A stretch of DNA of 64,000 bases. Origin: an uncultured delta proteobacterium. Lineage in GTDB: Bacteria > Desulfobacterota > Desulfobacteria > Desulfobacterales > JAFDCJ01. Below the pieces are notes generated by a model, which was given only the letters and a program-made list of their open reading frames with translations, was not told where the DNA came from and searched no databases. Both the position numbers and the translations under genes were made by a program. The DNA lies in assembly GCA_963769935.1 (NCBI GenBank), contig CAVYNY010000014.1, forward strand, positions 1 to 64,000. The letters are read 5' to 3'. This document shows positions 1-10,528 of the stretch, piece by piece (the stretch's first letter is position 1; every line of letters begins with the position of its first letter).

Positions 1-126
1 TCCATAGGTATTCTCCGCATTTCAAATTTAACTTGACTTGTTTTATAAAAACAGTTCATAAAATAATCATTTTGGGAACAGGCGAATCTTCTGCAACCAT
101 AACCCCCAATTATTTTAAGATCAATT

Positions 127-984
127 ATGCCCAAGGCAACTTCCCATTACAATCTTTTGACGGCTGACCCCGATCTGGTCAAAGAGTGGCATCCCACCAA
201 GAACACCGGCGTCAAGCCCGGCGACCTGACTCCCGGCTCAAGCAGGAAGATCTGGTGGCTATGCGACGCCGGGCATGAGTGGGAAGCGGTTGTCTACAGC
301 CGAAGCAGAGGAAGCGGGTGCCCTTTCTGCAGCCTGCGTAAAAATAAAGACGCCGGATATCTGGCCCTGACAAACCCGGATCTGGTCAGAGACTGGCATC
401 CAACGAAGAACGGCGCGCTGAATCCACGCAATGTATCTTCCGGCCACCCTAAAAAAGTCTGGTGGGTATGCGCGCAGGGTCATGAATGGAAAGATACGAT
501 TAAAAGCAGAATCAAGGGCAAGGGTTGTCCTGCCTGCGAAAATAGCTCGGCCCGGAAAATTTCTGAACCCGTCGAAAACGATGACTATCGCTCGGGACCG
601 ATTCAACGCGACCACATCCTATCAGGCAACGCGACCGTGTTTTTTAAAGAAGATTTTTCTGAAACAGCTGATAAAACCGATTCTCGAAACGGCATCCGGC
701 ACCCGTTGAAGGCGACAGCCATTCTCGAAGACAAAGTCTCCGGATCCTGGATATATGCGCAAATGAATAATTTCAGCAATGACGGCATGTATTTTGAAAC
801 CGAGGTGGCGCTCATGCCGGGAACAAAGATTATCATCAAATTTGACAAGCCCATATTTCCCAATGCCTCCCAAAAGCTGACTTCCATCGTGCGGTGGTGC
901 AGGGGATTGGCCGAAGATCGCGGGACTATTTCTTCTTTCGGGCTCGGCGTCGAATTCATTCAACCCGATGTTTTCACGCGCTAG
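127..984 (+). CDS. Tandem zinc-ribbon (DUF4379-like) plus C-terminal PilZ domain protein
   Basis: Two repeats of (E/D)WHPTKN...WWxCxxGHEW...GxGCPxC. The C-terminal domain has RNGIR (RxxxR), NFSNDG (D/NxSxxG) and VRWC...GLGVEF, typical of PilZ. Confidence 0.8.
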   Translation: MPKATSHYNLLTADPDLVKEWHPTKNTGVKPGDLTPGSSRKIWWLCDAGHEWEAVVYSRSRGSGCPFCSLRKNKDAGYLALTNPDLVRDWHPTKNGALNPRNVSSGHPKKVWWVCAQGHEWKDTIKSRIKGKGCPACENSSARKISEPVENDDYRSGPIQRDHILSGNATVFFKEDFSETADKTDSRNGIRHPLKATAILEDKVSGSWIYAQMNNFSNDGMYFETEVALMPGTKIIIKFDKPIFPNASQKLTSIVRWCRGLAEDRGTISSFGLGVEFIQPDVFTR

Positions 985-1105
985 ACCCCATCGCCGGCAT
1001 TGAGGATGGGGTGAAATCGGGGGCACCCACTAAAAGTGACTTGCGGGGCCGACCTCGAGTCGAGAATCAGGACAATTCCTAACCTTTGCGATCTGCTTTT
1101 CCTTT

Positions 1106-3126
1106 CTATCCGCCGTCAGGCGCTCCCCTGCCGACCCCGCTTTTGCGGCGCACTTTGGATTGCGCCCCGGCCGAAGTACCCGACGCCTTCTGAACCTTGG
1201 CCCAATTCTCCGAGAGTTGATTGGGTTGCTCACTTTGAAACTCACGCGCCTGCGGGTGCCGGCTTTCAGGGCGGCGGGCCTGCAACTGAGGCCTGACTGT
1301 GGCCGGACCGGTTGCCTGCGGCTTGCGCCGGGACTGCGCTGGTGCCTGGCGGGCCACGGACGGGCCGGCCTTGGCGAGCTCCCTGGCGCGCTGGGAGCCT
1401 TCAGGGCGGCGGACCTGCAACTGAGGCCTGACCGCAGCCGGTCCGGTTGCCTGCGGCTTGTTCCGGGGCTGCGGTGATGCCCGGCGGGTCGCGGACGGGC
1501 CGGCCTTGGCGACTTCCCTGGCGGCAAGAGGACCTTCATGCTTCTGCGATGCCGGAGCAAGTGCGCGATCACCCCCTGGGCGTTCGAGCGTGCCGTGCCC
1601 GGAGGGCAGACGCGGCAGGGCCGGGGCAGGCTCCCTCCTGATTAGGCCCGGCGAGGCGGTGCGCCGGCTCGCTAAACCCAGACTGCCCCGTTTTGGACTC
1701 TCTTGTCAAAGCCTGTCCCGAGCCGGTGTGCGGCGGACGCGGCGCGGACGCCGGCCGCTTCAAACTCCCTGCGGGAGGCCGGCTGCCGGGTCTGGCATTA
1801 GGTTTGAAACTTGCAGGCGCCGCGTTGATCCGGGGCGGGGTGAGGCGCGGCCGAAAATTCTTTGCATCCACCCGGGCTATGCGGACCGATCCAATGGGAC
1901 CGCGGCCGAAATGATTCTCGTTGACCGTCACCAAGGCGTTGTGCACGCCGGCATTGCGGTAAACGGTGATATTTTGAACATTCACCACGGTTGTCTGGTT
2001 GATGACCCTGTTGTTTACGACACGCGGACCGCCCCAGCCGCCCCACCAGGGTCGATGGATGAAGCCCGTCGGTCCCCACCAGGGAATAAGCGGCTCGCCC
2101 CACCCGAGTGCCACCCAGCCAACGACGGGCCCGCCGCGCGTCCGGACCGCCGAAGAAGGCCACCAGGGCCGGCGCGTAAACCGGCCTCACCTGCACCGGT
2201 CCCGGCGCCCATCCCCAGAAGCCGTCAACGAAGGCCCAACGGCCATAGTGATAGGGCGCCCAGCCCCACGGTTCGGCGTCCACCCAGGTCCAGCCGTAGT
2301 GGGGATCCATGATCCAGGCTCCGGTGCTGTAAGGCACCCATCCGGGCGGCACGGCGGTCGGAACCCAGACCGGGCCGCGGCCGGATACGGTCCGCCACGT
2401 CCCATAGGCGTCGAGATCGCCTGCACCGTAAATTTCGGGCGAGACATAGCGTGCACTCAGTGTTTCCAGCAGGTGATCGGTGCGGGCATAATTCCAATTG
2501 TCCCACTCATCGAGCGGCGGCGCCATGTAGGCGGTGATCTGCCGGCTCGCCGGGCCCTCGATGACCACCTCCTCGCTCGGTGCAATGATCAGGGATCTCC
2601 CGCTGCCGGCGGTGACGGCGGCCCGACCGCCGCGGCGGGTGATAAACGAGGTCCCGTCGCTGTTTACATCGACCCGGTAGTAGCCCGCATCCTCGATAGT
2701 GAAGGCCGCGGTCGGCGTGTCGACCATGATCGTGCGACCGGGTTCTACCGTGCGCAGATCGAAGGCGACATACCCCGTCGTTACCTCGAACCGCAGAAAA
2801 TCCGGCTCCTGGTTCTTCAGCTCGAGCTGAGTGTCGGCCCAGGCGCGCACGAAGGCGCGCGAGCCGATCTGGAGCTCCAGATTGCCCGGAGAGCCGGTAT
2901 ATAGTTGGTCACCCGCTGCCAGCGGAGTATTAAGCTGCGCCTGCGTCCAGTCCTGGGAACCGGGACGCCGGAACGACACCTGCCCATCCACGAAGCTCAG
3001 CCGTGGCGGCGTTTGACCGACTGCAGTCTGCTGCTGATCCGGTGGGTTGGCGTCCTGCACGGCCGGTGACACGCCGGGCAGCATAAAAAGTGCGACAATA
3101 AGTCCGATGATCCCCAGATAACGCAT
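1106..3126 (-). pseudogene. FecR/DUF6600-domain exported protein with Pro/Arg-rich tail, interrupted by two frameshifts
   Basis: Signal peptide, FecR-like RLSFVDGQVS...LNTPLAAGDQLYTG, and DUF6600 PYSTGAW...GWTWV...PWGWAPYHYGRW. Homology continues in a second frame near 2135 (GPVVGWVALGWGEP). A third frame is open from ~1705 to the stop at 1106. Confidence 0.75.
1266..1525. repeat. 135-bp imperfect tandem duplication (45-aa repeat in the low-complexity tail)
   Basis: tcagggcggcg(g/a)cctgcaactgaggcctgac begins at 1266 and again at 1401, and similarity continues for about 120 bp. Confidence 0.85.
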
Positions 3127-3491
3127 AACTTATCCTCCTTTGCATCTATATCGGATTTAGCCTTGTTTGATCCAATTAGACGCGCGGCCAATCAAATCGG
3201 TCTACATAAAAACCTAAAAAAGGGGAATATACGTCACAGGGCCGGCATAAGCGATGGGATATGGTGGGAGGCAATATGTATTGATGCGCTCAACTTAAAC
3301 TGTTCTTTTGGGCCAAAAAGTGTTAAGTAGCCCGACAAGTCGGTTCCGGTTGGCGGAAGTTTATTTGGTTTTTCATATCCTGTGTGATCTACATGTTGAG
3401 TTCGGCGATTTCGCGCCGCCGGATGTCGGCGCCGCTTTTGTTGTGTCGGCCGGCGATGTCCGGGTTCTGTCCAAAAAAGGAAAAAAATATA

Positions 3492-4163
3492 TTGATTGAC
3501 AATGACAATACCGCCTTGCACCCCGGGGAATCCGGATCCAAACTTCCGATTACACCGCAGGAGAACTTCGTCAACGGCGTGTATTCTTCCGTAGATGAAG
3601 CGGCGGCAGGCGCACTGGATCGGCTGCGAAACGAAGACGGCATCATTCCAAGCTGCAGGTTGGGCTGCTGCCACTGCTGCCGGTATCATATCCTTATGAA
3701 CATTGCAGAGGCCCACAACCTGGCGCAATATGTCAAGCGGGTATTTCCAGCAGACCAGATAAACAGCCTTCGGCTGCGAACCCGGCAATGGCATGCTTGG
3801 GACAATTCCAGGCCGGGCAGGTACCCGTCGGCCGGCATCTACGAACAGACAGATTTTCCCACTGAGAGGCCTTGCTGCCCGCTGTTGGTAAACGGCGCCT
3901 GCAGCGCCTATCCGGTGAGGCCGGTCGTGTGTCGAAGCCATTTTGTCTGTTCGCATCCGCTATTCTGCTCCGCAGCCAACGATCCGGAATCTACCGAAGA
4001 TCCTCCGGTAGTGCTCAAATCCGTTGTAACGGCGACCGATCCGGTTTCAATCGCAATAAGGGATCAGATCGAAAACGCAGGCTTGGATTTCTCGCGGTCA
4101 ATAATGCTTCTTCCGCATTGGCTGGCGATTGAAATGGGTTGGGACTTTGCCATAACGAATTGA
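3492..4163 (+). CDS. YkgJ family Cys-cluster (CxxxCxxCC) protein
   Basis: SCRLGCCHCC and CPLL..GACSAYPVRPVVCRSH motifs. The ORF is open from 3384; TTG at 3492 is the likelier start. Confidence 0.8.
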   Translation: MIDNDNTALHPGESGSKLPITPQENFVNGVYSSVDEAAAGALDRLRNEDGIIPSCRLGCCHCCRYHILMNIAEAHNLAQYVKRVFPADQINSLRLRTRQWHAWDNSRPGRYPSAGIYEQTDFPTERPCCPLLVNGACSAYPVRPVVCRSHFVCSHPLFCSAANDPESTEDPPVVLKSVVTATDPVSIAIRDQIENAGLDFSRSIMLLPHWLAIEMGWDFAITN

Positions 4164-4366
4164 TTTGCTGCCGCAATACGATCCTGGAAACGGTGTATTT
4201 TTCGATAAACAATCTGGATGCTGTTAGATATGGGAGGTAAAATCGGCAGCTGTCTGATTTCGATTTTGATTAAGCAGCCTGAAGCGGCCGAATTTTTTTA
4301 ACCACTTGTTTGTTTTCCCTTTCAGCGGCCCGGCCCAATTCCCAATTGCGCAATTCCGGCAACACT

Positions 4367-5209
4367 TTACTCCACGAGCACTGCATCTTCGATCAACACA
4401 TCGTATCGGTAGCCGAAGCCAAAATCTTTATCAGCGGCCAGGACGCCTTCAAGGGAGACGATGGTGCCTTTTTCGGCCATAGCCGATGAGGTAACTACCA
4501 GATCATGTGTATTTTTCGTCGGATCTCCGGTGCCATCCTGAATATGGAGCCAGTTTTTCCCCATGATATTGGGGGATACCTTCACAACCATCCCTTTTAC
4601 GGTTACTTTCCGGTTATTCAAGTCGACCGCTTCAGCAAAAAGTTCACCAACCGTGTAGCCATTCGGAGCGGTTGATTTTTCAACTTTGACGCCGGTGAAA
4701 GATACAATTGCGCGGCTGCTGCCGCCGGATGATTGTGAGGTCATGCCGTGCGGTCCGGCCGCGGATTCAACGCCCTCGGCCGAACTGCCGCCGGCACCTT
4801 CCGGGGTCTGGACGGTCCTATTTTCTGAACTTCTGACAATACCGGAGGCAAAGATAATGGACTCAAATGTCCGGTTTAAGGTTTTGCTGGTAAAATTAGT
4901 CATAACAACGCCGCCCTGCAGTGCAACTTCCTCTCCGATCTCCAGCTGAGTTTCCGGAACGGCCGCCCAGGTTTCATTGCCGGCCCCATCATCCAGGCGA
5001 ACATATGTATAGGGGCTTACATCCTGTGTTTCCACTACTTTCCCGCTGAAGGCGGCAAGTTGAGTATCAGAGGGGGTTTGAACCGACATCTGGCTCTGAC
5101 TGCCGGCCTGCGTCGCCGAATTGGTTTCGGATATATCATTGCCGCAGGCGGTCAATCCGACCATTAAAGCCAAGCTGCCCAAGCAACAACCTATTTTCCT
5201 TATGTTCAT
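4367..5209 (-). CDS. Lipoprotein with two OB-fold-like domains (NrfJ-like)
   Basis: Lipobox LTAC; GKVVET..VSPYTYVRL...WAAVP; VTVKGMVVKVSPNIMGKNWLHIQDGTG...DKDFGFGYRY. Confidence 0.75.
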   Translation of the reverse strand: MNIRKIGCCLGSLALMVGLTACGNDISETNSATQAGSQSQMSVQTPSDTQLAAFSGKVVETQDVSPYTYVRLDDGAGNETWAAVPETQLEIGEEVALQGGVVMTNFTSKTLNRTFESIIFASGIVRSSENRTVQTPEGAGGSSAEGVESAAGPHGMTSQSSGGSSRAIVSFTGVKVEKSTAPNGYTVGELFAEAVDLNNRKVTVKGMVVKVSPNIMGKNWLHIQDGTGDPTKNTHDLVVTSSAMAEKGTIVSLEGVLAADKDFGFGYRYDVLIEDAVLVE

Positions 5210-5335
5210 GGCAACAGATCTCCTATTCCTGCATTAATTAACACGTATACCGTATCGCAAATTTTCAACATAGCAGTTTCTAAGGATTTTTTCACGTCTT
5301 TCACTAAAATGGGGGAAAAAAAGAGGTCAACCGAA

Positions 5336-6976
5336 TCAAGCCCGCTGAACTGCGACGGTTCTGTTGCCGATGCGGTAGCCGGCACTTTGGCCCAGCACCC
5401 GCTCTACAAGCTTTTCAGGCACATCCACCAGGGTGTGCCGCTTCTGAATGCTGATTTTGCCCAGCGCATGACCGGGGATGTCGGCATAATGGGATAACGT
5501 GCCCACCACATGATTGATGCGAACGCCGTCGGCCCGGCCGGTGCCCAACAAAAGGCGCACCATTCCTTTTTCATGGGAGGTACTCTCCCGGCTGCGGTCT
5601 TTGCGGCGGACGGGGTCTTTGAACGCTTGCCCGGCAACAGGAGCACAGAATTCGGTCGCCGCCTTAAGGGGTGCGATCGGGCGCTGTTTTTCCTCGCCAC
5701 GCGCCATTTTCAGGGCCGCCGCGGCAACATCCGTCAGGTCGTGACCGTCTTCAAGCAGCTGCGCCACGATCTCCCGCTCCCGGTTGCAGCGTCCGCGCCG
5801 CAGCCAGACCCGCACTTTCTCCACCAGCTGTGCTTCGCGCTGCAGTTTGATATCGTCGGCGCTCGGCAGCATCCCGCGGGTGATTTTTTGTCCGGTAAAG
5901 CCTTCGATGCGGCGCAGTCCCCAGCGCTCCTTCGGTGTCAAAAGGGTGATGGCAATGCCCGTTTTGCCGGCTCGCCCGGTACGGCCGACACGGTGCAGAT
6001 AGATTTCCGGATCCTGCGGGAGATCAAAATTGAAGACATGCGATATATCGTCGATGTCAAGCCCGCGGGCGGCCACATCGGTCGCCACCAGCACTTTAAG
6101 CCTGTTGGCACGGAAGCGGTTGAGCACCTGCACCCGGGCATCCTGGCTCAGGTCCCCGTTCAGGGCCTCGGCCGCAAATCCCCGCAGGGCCAGCTCATTG
6201 ACCAGCTCGGCCGTGCCAAGGCGTGTGCGGGCAAAGATAAGCGCACTGACGATGGGCTCGATTTCAAACAAGCGCGTGAGGGCGGCAAGTTTGTCGGCTT
6301 CATCAACCAGGTAATAGCGCTGTTGGAGGCCTTCCACAGTGCGTTGCTTGCAACCGATCTTAAAAGATTGGGGCGCGTTCATGTACTGCTCGGCCAACCG
6401 CCGAATGCGCTGCGGCAGGGTGGCCGAAAACAGGGCCGTTTGACGGTTGGGTGCGGTTTGCTCCAAAATGGCCTCAACGTCCGCTATAAAGCCCATGCTG
6501 AGCATTTCATCGGCCTCATCGAGCACGACGGTTGTCACCCGGGCGAGTTCGAGCACGCTTCGATGGACCAGGTCGAGCAGACGGCCGGGGGTCCCGACCA
6601 CAACTTCCACGCCTTTTTTGAGACGGCTGATCTGGCGGTCATAGGGCTGGCCGCCGTAGACGGCCAAAACCCGCACGCCGGTCTGCCGGCCGTAGGTGTA
6701 GATGGCATCCGCCACCTGGATGGCCAGTTCCCGGGTGGGGGCAACCACCAGACTTTGCACATGGCGCTGACCGGTTTGAAGGTTATGCAGGATGGGCAAG
6801 GCAAACGCCGCGGTTTTACCGGAGCCTGTCTGGGATTGGCCGATCACATCCTGTCCGGCCAGCATGGCCGGAATAACGGCCGACTGGATCGGCGTGGGTG
6901 CGGCGTAGCCGATGTCGGCGATCGTCTGCACCAGCTGCGGCAAAAGGTTGAACATGTTAAAGTCGGGGGTCATCAT
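5336..6976 (-). CDS. deaD: DEAD-box RNA helicase with C-terminal DbpA-type RNA-binding domain (DeaD/CsdA-like)
   Basis: Q motif PTPIQ, GSGKT, PTRELA, DEAD, SAT, ARGLD, HRVGRTGRAG. Start chosen at ATG 6976 after an AGGAG RBS. Confidence 0.9.
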   Translation of the reverse strand: MMTPDFNMFNLLPQLVQTIADIGYAAPTPIQSAVIPAMLAGQDVIGQSQTGSGKTAAFALPILHNLQTGQRHVQSLVVAPTRELAIQVADAIYTYGRQTGVRVLAVYGGQPYDRQISRLKKGVEVVVGTPGRLLDLVHRSVLELARVTTVVLDEADEMLSMGFIADVEAILEQTAPNRQTALFSATLPQRIRRLAEQYMNAPQSFKIGCKQRTVEGLQQRYYLVDEADKLAALTRLFEIEPIVSALIFARTRLGTAELVNELALRGFAAEALNGDLSQDARVQVLNRFRANRLKVLVATDVAARGLDIDDISHVFNFDLPQDPEIYLHRVGRTGRAGKTGIAITLLTPKERWGLRRIEGFTGQKITRGMLPSADDIKLQREAQLVEKVRVWLRRGRCNREREIVAQLLEDGHDLTDVAAAALKMARGEEKQRPIAPLKAATEFCAPVAGQAFKDPVRRKDRSRESTSHEKGMVRLLLGTGRADGVRINHVVGTLSHYADIPGHALGKISIQKRHTLVDVPEKLVERVLGQSAGYRIGNRTVAVQRA

Positions 6977-7255
6977 GAAGCTCCTGTCTGCGTTTTGAAA
7001 AATACTCCGGGCCGCATACCCCTCGCGGGTCATATGCCTGTTGCCTGCCAACAGTCGACCCACCCAGCAGATAAGAGCCTTTCTGTTGCAACAAAAACGC
7101 CCGGCCGAAACCGGCCGGGCCACCATCTGTAATCGTCAAAACGAAATTATGTTGATGTTTGCGATCCGAAACGAATCGCTGTGAAATATAGGACAGCCGA
7201 GATCAAATTGCAAGCAAAAGTTAACAGGCCAATGGTCTTCGCCATAAAAGTTTAA

Positions 7256-7411
7256 GGGTTCACGAAAAAATAAGTTCACAATTTCAGGCGTGGCGGCGCC
7301 TGCCCGGCAAGGCGCTAAGACGCAGGAATATCTGGATATTCCGAGCTTTCGCAACGCCGCCGGGCGGGCTGCAGCGGCGTATAAAATGTGAAGTTATTTT
7401 TGAGTGAACCC
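7256..7411. mobile_element. MITE/REP-like palindromic element (~156 bp)
   Basis: About 30-bp imperfect terminal inverted repeats (gggttcacgaaaaaataagttcacaattt / aaaatgtgaagttatttttgagtgaaccc), internal GC-rich arms and a central hairpin ggaatatc-tg-gatattcc. No transposase. Confidence 0.65.
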
Positions 7412-7537
7412 GAAGTCCAATGCAACATTTTATACAATTATAGGGTTAATGAGGCTTGCTTTTAAATTTTTTAGAATCTATCATCTCTGCTCATTCAACC
7501 CAATTTTGCAAATCTTATACTTAGGGAGTCTGAAAAT

Positions 7538-10381
7538 ATGAAGACAGGGAAATCAGCGGTCGTACTGGGCATTTTGGCAATTCTGGTGTTTATCCTGGTG
7601 GGGATAGTCATTTCAATTTATCCCGACTGGCTGTGGTTCGGAAATCTGAACTTCGCGCCTGTGTTCTGGACGATGGCACTGGGCAAATACGGAGTTGCGG
7701 CGGTGATCTGGTTGCTTATGCTGGTCAGCCTGTCCCTCAATCTTTACGCGGCGCAGCGTATTCACAGTGCAAGTGAGCCGAAAATTACCGAAATAGCCGG
7801 GATGCCCGTCTCCGGCAAGTCTCTGACGACCCTGATCCTGGCCGCAATACTGATCGTTAGCTTTATAATTGCGTCCAAGGGATCGGAGCAATGGAATATG
7901 GTGCTCAGTTATTTTAACCAGCACCCCTTCGGCAGCACGGATCCGGTATTCGGCAAAGACATCGGTTTCTATGTCTTTTCGCTGCCCTTCTACCTGTATG
8001 TACGGGAGCAGCTGCTGATCATCCTGCTCTTTGCGGCAATGGTGACCGTTATATGGTATGTAAAAGACGGCGGGATCCAGATAATCGGTGAATTGGGTTT
8101 GACGGAGGCCAGCGCGACCTCCATCCCCAAAGTCAAGGTTGCGGATAAAGTCGGCAAGCATCTGCTGGTGCTCGCCGCCGTCTTTGTCCTTCTGGCTGCA
8201 TGGGGCTATCATTTAAAAGCCTACGGCGTTCTCTACTCCCACCAGGGCCCTGCTTTTGGCGCAAGCTATACGGATGTCAACATAAAGATTCCCGTTTACA
8301 GGCTCTTAACGGCAATGTCCTTGCTATTTTGCCTTTTTATCATTTATAACGCCTTCCGACTGAAGAAAAAGCCTCTTTTTATCTGCGCCGGAATATGGGT
8401 CGGCGGCATTGTGATCCTTGCCGGCGCTCTTCCGTTGCTGGTGCAGCAGTTCGTGGTCAAGCCCAATGAACTGGCCAAGGAATCACCCTATATCGCCTAT
8501 AATATCGATTTTACCCGCCGGGCATATAACCTGAACAAAATTAAGGAGGTCGACTTTGAGGTCAATAACAGTCTGAATACCGAGGATATCAAAAAGGATA
8601 ATGCGACCATTCAAAACATCCGGGTGTGGGATGAACGGCCCCTGCTCAAGACCTACCGCCAAATTCAATCAATAAGACTCTATTACGATTTTAACAACGT
8701 TGACGTCGATCGTTATATGATCGCCAATCAATATCGACAGGTCATGCTGGCCGCCCGGGAACTGGTGGCAGACCAGCTGCCGCCCCAGGCGAAGACCTGG
8801 GTCAACCGGCACCTGATCTACACCCACGGATATGGATTGGCCATGAGCCCGGTTAATGAAGTCACCGCCGAAGGTTTACCGGAGCTCATGATCAAGGACG
8901 TTCCCCCCATGGTGGATATCGATCTGAAGATCGACCGCCCGGAAATTTATTACGGGGAAAAAACGAATGAATATATCCTGGTGAAGACCAGCACCCGGGA
9001 ATTTGATTATCCCAAGGGAGATAAAAACGTCTATACCAATTATGAGGGCCGGGGCGGCGTTCTGATCAACTCTTTTTTGAAAAGACTGCTCTTTGCGATC
9101 GAATTTCAGGATCCGCAGATACTATTCACCACTTATCTGACCCCTGAAAGCAGGATAATGTTCAACCGCCGGATTAAAAGCCGGGTAACCGCCATCGCCC
9201 CGTTCCTGGCCTATGACAGCGACCCCTATATGGTGGTCTCCGGCGGAAAGCTCTTTTGGATCCAGGACGCCTATACTACCTCCAACATGTATCCATACTC
9301 CAAACGATCCAAGACTCCCTTCCGGAATACAGAGCTCAACTACATCCGCAATTCGGTCAAAGTGATCATCGATGCCTATGACGGGCAGGTCACCTACTAC
9401 ATGCTCGACGTGCAGGACCCCATTCTCAAGACATACTCAAAAATATATCCGAAACTTTTTAAACCCCTGGATGAGATGCCCGCCGATCTGAAAAAGCATC
9501 TTCGATATCCCAGAGATCTCTTTGAAATTCAGGTGCAGACCTACGCCAAGTACCACATGCAGGACGTGCAGGTATTCTACAACCAGGAAGATCTCTGGGA
9601 GGCTCCGGATGAGATTTACAGCGAAAACCGGCAGAGGATGAAGCCTTACTATATCATCGTCAAGCTGCCGGAGGAGGCCAAGGAGGAATTTCTCCTGATG
9701 CTTCCGTATACGCCCTCCAAAAAGGACAACATGATCAGCTGGCTGGCGGCCAGAAGCGATCTGCCCCACTACGGCAGCCTGCTGGTCTATAAACTTTCCA
9801 AAGATAAACTGGCATACGGCCCCATGCAGGTCGAAGCCAGGATAGATCAGCAAACGGATATCTCCCGGGAACTGAGCCTCTGGGGGCAGCGTGGTTCACG
9901 GGTCATCCGGGGCAATCTATTGGCCATTCCGGTGAGTCACTCATTCATTTATGTGGAGCCGATCTATCTGGAGGCCCAGCAGGAACAGCAGCGGGAAGCG
10001 CAATCAGCGACTTCCCAAAGCGGTGCGCAGTCGCAGCAACAACAGCCTGCACGAATGGCACGCAAAGGGATCGCAACGACTGCGGCCCTGCCGGAACTGA
10101 AACGGATAATTGTGGCCCTCGGCAGCCGGGTTGCCATGGAGGAAAAACTCGACCAGGCCTTGAGTCAAGTGCTTGGGGGTCAAATTGTGCAAAAAAATGA
10201 AGTTTCCTCCACGATGCCCGGATCAGGACGGATCTCGGATTTAGGAGAACAGGCTTTGCAATACTACAATAATGCCAAGGATTACCTGCACCAGGGGGAT
10301 TGGGCCGGATACGGCCGGGAACTGCAAAAGCTTGAGAGCGTCCTGCAGCAGTTATCAAAAAAGGCCGCGCCCAAAGAATAA
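7538..10381 (+). CDS. UPF0182 family membrane protein
   Basis: DWLWF, DPVFGKDIGFYVFSLP, GASYTDV, NIRVWD, HLIYTHGYG, NYIRNSVK, YGPMQVEARIDQ, VIRGNLL. Confidence 0.93.
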   Translation: MKTGKSAVVLGILAILVFILVGIVISIYPDWLWFGNLNFAPVFWTMALGKYGVAAVIWLLMLVSLSLNLYAAQRIHSASEPKITEIAGMPVSGKSLTTLILAAILIVSFIIASKGSEQWNMVLSYFNQHPFGSTDPVFGKDIGFYVFSLPFYLYVREQLLIILLFAAMVTVIWYVKDGGIQIIGELGLTEASATSIPKVKVADKVGKHLLVLAAVFVLLAAWGYHLKAYGVLYSHQGPAFGASYTDVNIKIPVYRLLTAMSLLFCLFIIYNAFRLKKKPLFICAGIWVGGIVILAGALPLLVQQFVVKPNELAKESPYIAYNIDFTRRAYNLNKIKEVDFEVNNSLNTEDIKKDNATIQNIRVWDERPLLKTYRQIQSIRLYYDFNNVDVDRYMIANQYRQVMLAARELVADQLPPQAKTWVNRHLIYTHGYGLAMSPVNEVTAEGLPELMIKDVPPMVDIDLKIDRPEIYYGEKTNEYILVKTSTREFDYPKGDKNVYTNYEGRGGVLINSFLKRLLFAIEFQDPQILFTTYLTPESRIMFNRRIKSRVTAIAPFLAYDSDPYMVVSGGKLFWIQDAYTTSNMYPYSKRSKTPFRNTELNYIRNSVKVIIDAYDGQVTYYMLDVQDPILKTYSKIYPKLFKPLDEMPADLKKHLRYPRDLFEIQVQTYAKYHMQDVQVFYNQEDLWEAPDEIYSENRQRMKPYYIIVKLPEEAKEEFLLMLPYTPSKKDNMISWLAARSDLPHYGSLLVYKLSKDKLAYGPMQVEARIDQQTDISRELSLWGQRGSRVIRGNLLAIPVSHSFIYVEPIYLEAQQEQQREAQSATSQSGAQSQQQQPARMARKGIATTAALPELKRIIVALGSRVAMEEKLDQALSQVLGGQIVQKNEVSSTMPGSGRISDLGEQALQYYNNAKDYLHQGDWAGYGRELQKLESVLQQLSKKAAPKE

Positions 10382-10462
10382 TTTTTTTTGATGCAAATAA
10401 AGCAGGGCGAACGCGTGGCCAACCCTTAACGTTGCATAAATCTGCATAGTTATTTAACGGGG

Positions 10463-10487
10463 GTAGGGGCAAGACCGTTGCCTTTAC
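10463..10487. repeat. GTAG-type REP-like hairpin (possible bidirectional terminator)
   Basis: gtaggggcaa-gaccg-ttgcctttac lies between convergent genes, with a degenerate similar motif at 10402-10426. Confidence 0.45.
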
Positions 10488-10493
10488 GAGGCC

Positions 10494-10528
10494 GATGCTG
10501 GATGCTCGATACTTGATGCCGGATATTC
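10494..10528. repeat. Heptamer tandem micro-repeat (GATRCTN-like x5)
   Basis: gatgctg gatgctc gatactt gatgccg gatattc. Confidence 0.75.

Noticed and set aside
1030..1572. 180-aa Arg-rich minus ORF as an independent gene
   Set aside because: Alternative frame over the GC-rich repeat tail of the frameshifted DUF6600 gene.
5510..7132. 540-aa plus-strand ORF
   Set aside because: Antisense shadow of the DEAD-box helicase with no recognisable motifs. The same applies to most other overlapping ORFs, e.g. 1999-2904, 18111-18908 and 58973-59731.
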